A DNA stretch of 64,000 nt, from assembly GCA_965204735.1 (NCBI GenBank), contig OZ242008.1:704001-768000 (forward strand), in the 5' to 3' direction. The stretch is from Longimicrobiales bacterium (GTDB taxonomy: Bacteria > Gemmatimonadota > Gemmatimonadetes > Longimicrobiales > Gaopeijiaceae). The notes under the pieces are model-generated. The model made no database searches. It was not told where the DNA came from and saw only the letters and a program-made list of their open reading frames with translations. The translations under genes were made by a program, and so were the position numbers. Shown here piece by piece: positions 54,298 to 61,500 of the stretch (position 1 is its first letter; each line of letters starts with the position of its first letter).

Positions 54298-56264
54298 AGA
54301 CCATCCTCCCTGTCAACCTGGACGACCTTCTCGACTGCCGAACCGTCGAGTCGGAGCGGGTCGAGTTCAAGTGCTCCTGGGACCCCAAGACGACTGGCCC
54401 GCAGGTGCTCCGAACGATCTGCGCCTTCGCCAACGACCACCACAACCTCAACGGGGGGTACGTTGTCGTTGGCGTGGAGGAGCGGAACGGTCGGGCCGTG
54501 CTGCCGCCCGTGGGCCTGGTGCCCGAGACGGCCGAGGCGGCGGAGAAGTGGATTCGCGGCAACTGTAGACGCATCGATCCAGACTACCAACCGGTTCTGT
54601 CCCGCGAGTGGGTCGACGACCGACTGATTCTGGTGGCGTGGGCGTTTGCGAGTCAGGTGAGGCCGCACCGGGCGCCCGACGGGAAGGGGCGGCGACGGTA
54701 CTGGGTTCGTGTCGGCGCCGAAACCGTGGACGCGGAGCATGGCGGCCTATTGCAGCCGCTGGTGCAGCAGGCCGGCCGTGTGCCGTGGGACGATCGCAGG
54801 GCTATGGACGCGTGCGTCGAAGACATGCGGGAAACGAGGGTTCGGCAGTTCCTGCACGACGTGGGGAGCGGGCTCTTGGACGAGCCGGAGACCGAGACCG
54901 TCTATCGTGGAATGCGCCTTACCACCAAGGTGAACGATCACGAAGTGCCCAGGAACGTTGGACTGTTGTTGTTCTCGTCGGACCCTGCAGCGTGGTTTCG
55001 AGGTGCGTGGATCGAGGTCGTGCAGTTTGCGGCCGACCGTGACGGCGATGTCCAGGAAGAGCGCGTCTTCAAGGGCAGCCTCTTGGATCAGTTCCGCGAC
55101 TGCATGACTTACCTCGAGAACCTCTCGGTGAATCACGTCCAGAAGCAGAACCATCGCAGCCAAGTTCGAGGATGGGTCAACTTTCCGGTGCCCGCGATTC
55201 GAGAGGCCTTGGTCAACGCGCTCTACCATCGCAGCTACGACGTGGAGCACCCCGATCCCACGAAAGTCTACCTGTTTCCCGGCAAGGTGGAGATCGTCAG
55301 CTACCCCGGCCCGGTGCCAGGCGTGCAGTCGGAACACCTGGTGCCCGGCGCCGCATTTCGGGGCGCTCCCGCTCGAAACCGCCGGATCGGCGAGTTCTTC
55401 AAGGAGCTGAAGCTCGCCGAGCTGCGGCTGACAGGGCTTCCGAAGATGTATCGAGCGATGGAGGCCAACGGCTCGCCGCCGCCGCGGTTCAGGTTCGACG
55501 AGTCGCGGACGTACTTCCAGGTGACTCTGCCGGCCCACCCCGAGTACGCGGCGCTCTCTGCTCTTCGAGACGCGGCCCACCTGCGGGTGCTGGGGGACGA
55601 GGCAGAGGCGTCTCGCCGCGTCGAGGTCGCCTGGCAGGGCAACCCAGGCTCGGGAGCGCTCGCGGTCGAACTGATCCGAGCCTACGCCAAGAAGGGGGAG
55701 ACGGCCCGCGCCGAAGACGTGTTCCGCGCCTTCAAGGCTCAAGGACCGGGAGTCGCGGCTGTTCACGTGGCCAACGCGCTGGCGGAAGTCTTGGTGGCGG
55801 CCGGCGACCCCGAACGGGCGCGGCAGCTGCTCCAGCCGGACGACGCGGCCCGGTTCGGCCAGGACGCCATCGACGCCGCCATCGTGGCGCGACGAGCCCG
55901 CGACTCGCAGTTGGCGCACCAGCACTTCGAGCGCGCCGGCGAAGTCGTCTACGCCGACCCCCGCGCGATGCTTGAATTCGCCCAGACGAAGATGTGGCTG
56001 GCCAACGAGGCCCTGCGCAGCGGCATCCCCGAGTCCAACCGGCGCCTCCTTGCCGAGGCCCGGACCCTCCTGGAGCGCGTGCTGCAGCTGGACACGTCCC
56101 CGGCTTGCCACGCCTGGGCTTGGCGGGAACTCGCCCGCACCTTGACTTGGCTGGGAGCACCCCGGCGCGAAGCGGAGGAGGCCTACCAGAGGGCCATCGC
56201 GCTGCTGCCGTCGGAGGAACGGTTTCGGGAGGAGCTGGAGGGGCTGCGGGAGAACTCGGGGTGA
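54294..56264 (+). CDS. AlbA_2/Schlafen-domain + RecG-C-like (HATPase_c_4) + TPR protein
   Basis: ESERVEFK, RTICAFAN..GGY.VVGV, AIREALVNALYHRSY, RNRRIGEFFKEL..E...TG; helical TPR-like C-terminus. Confidence 0.8.
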   Translation: MKTILPVNLDDLLDCRTVESERVEFKCSWDPKTTGPQVLRTICAFANDHHNLNGGYVVVGVEERNGRAVLPPVGLVPETAEAAEKWIRGNCRRIDPDYQPVLSREWVDDRLILVAWAFASQVRPHRAPDGKGRRRYWVRVGAETVDAEHGGLLQPLVQQAGRVPWDDRRAMDACVEDMRETRVRQFLHDVGSGLLDEPETETVYRGMRLTTKVNDHEVPRNVGLLLFSSDPAAWFRGAWIEVVQFAADRDGDVQEERVFKGSLLDQFRDCMTYLENLSVNHVQKQNHRSQVRGWVNFPVPAIREALVNALYHRSYDVEHPDPTKVYLFPGKVEIVSYPGPVPGVQSEHLVPGAAFRGAPARNRRIGEFFKELKLAELRLTGLPKMYRAMEANGSPPPRFRFDESRTYFQVTLPAHPEYAALSALRDAAHLRVLGDEAEASRRVEVAWQGNPGSGALAVELIRAYAKKGETARAEDVFRAFKAQGPGVAAVHVANALAEVLVAAGDPERARQLLQPDDAARFGQDAIDAAIVARRARDSQLAHQHFERAGEVVYADPRAMLEFAQTKMWLANEALRSGIPESNRRLLAEARTLLERVLQLDTSPACHAWAWRELARTLTWLGAPRREAEEAYQRAIALLPSEERFREELEGLRENSG

Positions 56265-56383
56265 GCCTCGCCCGAACCGTCGACCTCAGATCACGGCCGC
56301 CTCTGACAGTCTCGTCTTGGTTGTCGGTACAGTCTCGCTTGGTTGTCGCTCAATACCAGGATCCCCTGTCGCGACGGCTTGAC

Positions 56384-56614
56384 CTATTCGCCGCGCTGCT
56401 CAAAGACCTGCCGTCCTAGCCCCGAGTGGCGGATTATCGCACCCAGGGTTCCTTGGGCGACTTGGCGGTGGTTAGGGACTACGACCGTGGTTGTTCCCTC
56501 GCCGGCCTGCCGTTGCATAACGATGTGGCTGCCACGCCGCCGGGCCTCCAGGAAGCCGTGACGTTCAAGAATTCGGCAGACCTCGCGTGCAGAAAATACC
56601 CCCAGCCTACCCAA
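56384..56614 (-). CDS. hicA: HicA-family mRNA interferase toxin
   Basis: LERHGF...RRRGSHIVM...VVVPNH....GTL.AI. Confidence 0.9.
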   Translation of the reverse strand: MGRLGVFSAREVCRILERHGFLEARRRGSHIVMQRQAGEGTTTVVVPNHRQVAQGTLGAIIRHSGLGRQVFEQRGE

Positions 56615-56828
56615 CGGCGACTTCGACGTCGGTAACGTAGAACTCCGGTCGAACCCTTGCCATCTTCTCGGCGGGCGACGCGCATTCGATGAACAGCTCG
56701 ACGGCTTCCTTGAGATTGTCTCGAGCTTCTTGAATGGTGTGTCCTTGCGTAACCACGTCGAAGTGTGGACAGGTCGCGACGTACAGGTCGCCCTCGCGTT
56801 CGATGATTGCGGTCAGCGTTCTCGTCAC
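56607..56828 (-). CDS. hicB: HicB-family antitoxin (short form)
   Basis: AIIEREGDLYVATCP...VTQG.TIQEARDNLKEAVELF; AAGGAGG RBS before GTG at 56828. Confidence 0.9.
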   Translation of the reverse strand: MTRTLTAIIEREGDLYVATCPHFDVVTQGHTIQEARDNLKEAVELFIECASPAEKMARVRPEFYVTDVEVAVG

Positions 56829-57105
56829 CTGCGTCCTCCTTGGTATCCGATTGTCCGGGGGCTTGCACGCTCGTAGTAACGTACCGTAGCTCCCAGTGGC
56901 TCCAAAGTCAAGTCCGTCTGCTCCAGTCGCGGCCAGAGAAGGCAGCGGTTCAAGGCGGACGATGACCAAGCTACCCCGTTGTCACGGCCTCCTCGCCGAC
57001 CGCCAGCGCTGTTTGACGGGAGCGCATGAGAGGGCGCCTAGCGCGCCGGGTCTGGTGGTCCGCATTTCCGACTCGACCTTCTCCCCGCGCTTGGTCAATT
57101 CTCAC

Positions 57106-57474
57106 TCAGAGTTCCTCGGGCACCTCTTCCAGCCATGACATGACTCGGTCGAGTTCCTCTCGGCTGTGCTCCAGGAAGCTTCCTTCCTTGCTCTCCTCGC
57201 TCAACGTGCGGCTGACGTAGTACCCGACGCTGCCATCCTCTTCGGTGCCGATCTCGACCCTGCCGTACCCGCTGCGCCAGATGATGCAGATCTCCCACGC
57301 CTCGTCGGCGTAGACTTCATCAGGCCGCTTCCATTTGTCGCGCCATCCCAGCAACGTTGCGATTCGGCCCCTGTTGACCTCGATCTGAGGCATGGCCCCT
57401 CCCTTGACCCGGGCTGCCCTCAAGGTGTCGGCGTCGATCGCGTCCAGGATCCGTTCCCCGTCCAGCTCTTCCAC
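57106..57474 (-). CDS. Hypothetical acidic protein (122 aa)
   Basis: Protein-like composition with AGGAG upstream; no recognisable motif. Confidence 0.55.
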   Translation of the reverse strand: MEELDGERILDAIDADTLRAARVKGGAMPQIEVNRGRIATLLGWRDKWKRPDEVYADEAWEICIIWRSGYGRVEIGTEEDGSVGYYVSRTLSEESKEGSFLEHSREELDRVMSWLEEVPEEL

Positions 57475-57580
57475 CTACTACATGCTCCTGTTCTCCGGGT
57501 GTCTGAACTGAAGTCCGTGTCCCGCTGAAAGCAATATGCCCGCCGGAACCTTGGCCGTCAACTGCCTGGCTCATCGCGCT

Positions 57581-57762
57581 CCGCGCGTGCGACTCGCCCT
57601 CGGACAGCCCGATCCCGCCAGCCCCGCCCTGCGGAGCGGCATCCCCGAGTCCAATCGGCGCATCCTTGCAGGGGCCGGGACCCTCCTGGAGCGCGTGCCG
57701 CGGCTCGACGCCTCCCCGACACGACTGGGCTTGGCGGGAACTCGCCCGTACCTGGACCGGCT
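57581..57762 (+). pseudogene. Degenerate duplicate of the 3' (TPR) part of the AlbA_2 gene
   Basis: 57626-57762 closely matches 56010-56152 (gccctgcg.agcggcatccccgagtccaa.cggcgc...ctgggcttggcgggaactcgcccg) with an indel. Confidence 0.8.
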
Positions 57763-57885
57763 TCCGGAGGAGCTCCCGCCGCTGCCAGGGGTCGCGGTCG
57801 GAAGAAGTCGACACGCCGGAGGATGTTGCCTGTCGGTGAGCAATCTGGGGGCCGACGCGCTCGGGCGTGAGCTTGCGCAGCAACC

Positions 57886-57915
57886 TTGACAAGCGTCGCA
57901 TTGATGTGTTACGAT
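57886..57915 (+). promoter_or_regulatory. Sigma70-type promoter for the Panacea gene (and possibly the helicase)
   Basis: TTGACA (57886-57891), 18 bp, extended -10 TGnTACGAT (57907-57915) in an AT-rich patch; GAGGAGG RBS before ATG 57987. Confidence 0.7.
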
Positions 57916-57986
57916 CAAATAGTGAGTGGTGACCAAGTTCGTTGGATGCCCGGACCGCCCATTTCCCCGGCAAGAGGAGGCCGCAG

Positions 57987-58499
57987 ATGGGCTACACCGC
58001 GAAAGCAGTCGCGAATCACTTCCTGGACTTCGGACGAACCCGCACGAAAGAGATATCGCCGCTGATGATTCAGAAGCTCGTGTACATCTCTCACGGCTGG
58101 CATCTCGCGCTCAGCGGAGGGAAGCCATTGGTCTCGGACGAATACGTCGAGGCATGGGAGTACGGCCCGGTCTTCCCGTCCGTTTACCACGAGTTCAAGC
58201 ACTACGGCGCGTCGCCCATACTCGACTACGCGACCGACTTCGAGCTCGTGGGAACCGACTTCAAGCTGGTTACGCCTCGTGTCGAGACGGACGACGTCAA
58301 TGCGGTCGCGCTCCTTGGACGAGTGTGGAAGGTCTACGGCGACTTCAGCGGTCTGCAACTGTCCGGCATGGCCCACGCGCCGGGCACGCCGTGGGACATC
58401 GTGTGGAACAAGAACAGGGGCATGAGAAACGTGCACATTCCCAACGAGCTGATTGGCAAGTACTACCTGCGAATCATGGAGAGCCGAAATGGCAATTGA
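57987..58499 (+). CDS. Panacea (DUF4065/SocA-like) antitoxin
   Basis: AVANHFL...ISPLMIQKLVY.SHGWHL......EAWEYGPVFPSVYHEFK...LSGMAH..GTPW. Confidence 0.88.
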   Translation: MGYTAKAVANHFLDFGRTRTKEISPLMIQKLVYISHGWHLALSGGKPLVSDEYVEAWEYGPVFPSVYHEFKHYGASPILDYATDFELVGTDFKLVTPRVETDDVNAVALLGRVWKVYGDFSGLQLSGMAHAPGTPWDIVWNKNRGMRNVHIPNELIGKYYLRIMESRNGN

Positions 58500-58557
58500 C
58501 TCCGACGAGAAGAACCTGCCTATCCTTGACGTTGATTGACAAGATCAGCCTCCGAAG

Positions 58558-61500
58558 ATGGCCCTGAACCCCGTCGCCTACACCGAGAAGGTCGTCGGCA
58601 GCTTCTTGCGGTACCAGCTCACGGCCTATCCGTTCATGGACGAGGGGCTTCGCGGCCAGATGCGCGACCTCCTCTCTCTGGACGAGACCCGGCAGTCGCC
58701 CCTGCTGAAGGGACCTTACGTCAGCCTGTCCCGCCCGTTCAGGCAGGGCGCGGCGGTGAAGGACTTGGTGGCCGACGGGCTGTTGCACCCGCATCTCCGC
58801 GAACGCATTCCCGAGGCGATCACTCACCTGTACAGCCACCAGGAAAAGGCGGTTCGGGCCGTCGCCGAGGGACGGACCACACTGGTGTCCACAGGCACCG
58901 GCTCGGGCAAGACCGAGTGCTTTCTCTACCCCATCGTCAGCAAGTGCCTGGCGTTGCGGGACGAGGACGCGCCGCCGGGCGTCAGCGCCGTGATCGTCTA
59001 CCCCATGAACGCGCTCGCCGAGGACCAGCTGCTGCGGCTCCGGGACCTGCTGGCCGGGACCGGTGTTTCGTTCGGCATCTACGTCGGCAAGACGCCGGAA
59101 GGGGAGTCGGGAGTGACGGGCCTCCGCTTGCCCGCCGGTTCGTCCCGGGCTGACTACCGGGCGAGGTTGGAGCAGGCGCGAAAAGACGGTCAGGGAGAAG
59201 CCGTCTACCCCGCTGAGGAAGTGTGCTCGCGCGAAGCGATGCGGACGCCGGGCCGCCAGCCGCGCATCCTGCTCACCAACGTGAAGCAGCTGGAGCTCCT
59301 GCTGACCCGCCGCCGCGACATCGAACTTTTCGCCGGCGCGCGCCTGGACTACTTGGTGTTCGACGAGGCCCACACCTTCGCGGGCGTCATGGGGGCCGAA
59401 TCCGCCTGCCTGCTCCGCCGCCTTCGCGCCTTCTGCGACGCGGGGCCGGAGCGCACGACGTGCATCGCCACTTCCGCCACCATCGTGGACCGGGAGGACC
59501 CGGAAGCGGCGCGCAACTTCGCCGCCCGGTTCTTCGGCGTCGCGCCGGGGGACGTGGCAACCGTCGGCGAGGACTACGAGGCCGAGGTCTGGGCCAACCG
59601 GCGGTTCCTGCCGCCCACGCCCCAGGACGACGACGCAGGCATCCTCAACGAGTGCGTGCGCGCAGTCGAAGACGAAGACTCGGCAGGAGGCAGGGTTCGC
59701 GCGGCCTACCGGTCCCTGTCGGGCCGAACGCTTCCGGGCGCGGATGACGACGGCGATGGCAACGGCAACAGCAGCGGCTGGCGGGAGGCGCTGCACGCGG
59801 CCCTGTCGCACAACGAAGTCGTCTACGCGCTGAACGAGGAGCTTGTCGAGCCCCGTGCCCTGGAGGCGTTGCCCGCCGCCCTGGAGCAACGGATCGGACG
59901 GCCCGTGTCCCAAGCCGAGATCCTGTCCTGGCTCACGCTGGGGGCGGCGGCACGCCTGCAAGGGCGCCCATTGCTTCGCCCCGTCGTGCATGCGTTCGTG
60001 CGCGGCGTCGGCGGCGCGGTCGCGTCGTTCCCCGACGGAGCCTCCGGTCCCAGGCTCTGGCTGGCCGCCGAAGACGAAGCCGCCAGCAACGGACCCGACG
60101 GCGCCCGCGCCCGCTTCCCCGTGACCACCTGCACCACGTGCGGACAGCACTACTTCGTCGCGTTCCTGAAGGACTTCACGTTCACGGGAACCAAGCCGGG
60201 CGGGGGCAACGCGAGCCCCAGCGGTCCCTGGTGGGAGCGACTGGACCAGAAGGCGGGCGGAAAGCGAGTCCTGGTCACCGACCGGCTCATCGGCGCCGAC
60301 GAAACAGACGACGACGCGCCGCCCCACAAGCGCACGGCGTCCCTGGCCTTCTGCCGCCGCTGCGGCGCGGCTCACGCAAGCGCGCAGTCGAGCTGCTCGG
60401 CCTGCGGTCGCCCGGGACCGCTCTTGGAGCTGCGGGCGGTCCGGCAGAAGCAGGACAACCCGGGCCTCCTCACGAGCTGCCTGTCGTGCGGCTCGGTGGG
60501 TCGCCGTCCCAGCGGCGGCCGATACCGGGAACCGGCCCGCGAGGTGCGCGCCGTCAACGTTGCCGACGTGCATGTCCTTTCGCAGGACATGGTGCAGCAC
60601 GCCGAGCGGCGGCGCCTTCTCGTCTTCTGCGACAACCGGCAGGACGCCGCGTTCCAGGCCGGCTGGATGAAGGACCACGCCCGCCGCTTCCGCCTGCGCG
60701 CACTGATGAGCCAAGCGCTGGAGGCCGACACGACGTCCGTCGGCGACTTGACGGCCTGCCTGGACGACCGACTGGACGAGGACGAAGCCCTCTCTCGGGC
60801 GCTGATCCCCGAAGTCTGGCAGGCCGCGCCGAGCGACGGCGCCGGAGTCCGTCACAGGCAGGAGCGCCGGAAGTACCTGCGCATTCAAGTGCTGCGCGAG
60901 GTGGCCCTTTCCCCGCGCCAAGCATACGGCCTGGAGCCGTGGGGCCGGATGAAGGTGGAGTACGACGGCCTGAGTTCGACGGACCCGTGGATTCGCCGCC
61001 ACGCCCACCAGCTGGGCATCCCGCCCGACAAGATGCGCGAAGGCGTCGCCAGCGTCCTGGACTATCTGCGCCGCAAGCGCGCGCTCTTCGACCCCGTGCA
61101 CGAGGTCTTCACCAAGCATTGGATGGACGGCGATCGGGAAGTTCAGCAGGGCTACCTTCCCGGCTTCCTCAAGCCCAACGCCACGAAGCTGCGCCGAGAG
61201 CCGACGGAGAAGCCCGCGCAAGTCACCCAGTGGCTGAGCACCGGCGGCGGCGACACCACCATGCGCCAGGTCGCCAGGAAGTGGGGCGTGGCGGGCGACG
61301 CGGTCGAGGCGTTTCTGGAGGGCCTGTTCGAGTACGTGGTCGAGGCGGGGCTGCTTGTCCGGGTCGTCCTCAAGGGGTCCAAGAAGAGACCGTTGCCGGG
61401 TGTAAGCGGGGTGTTTCAGGTGGCCGCCGACAAGCTGCTGCTGAAGCCGAACAGGGGCGTGTGGCGTTGCAGGAAGTGCAGGCGCAAGGCAACCCGCGAC

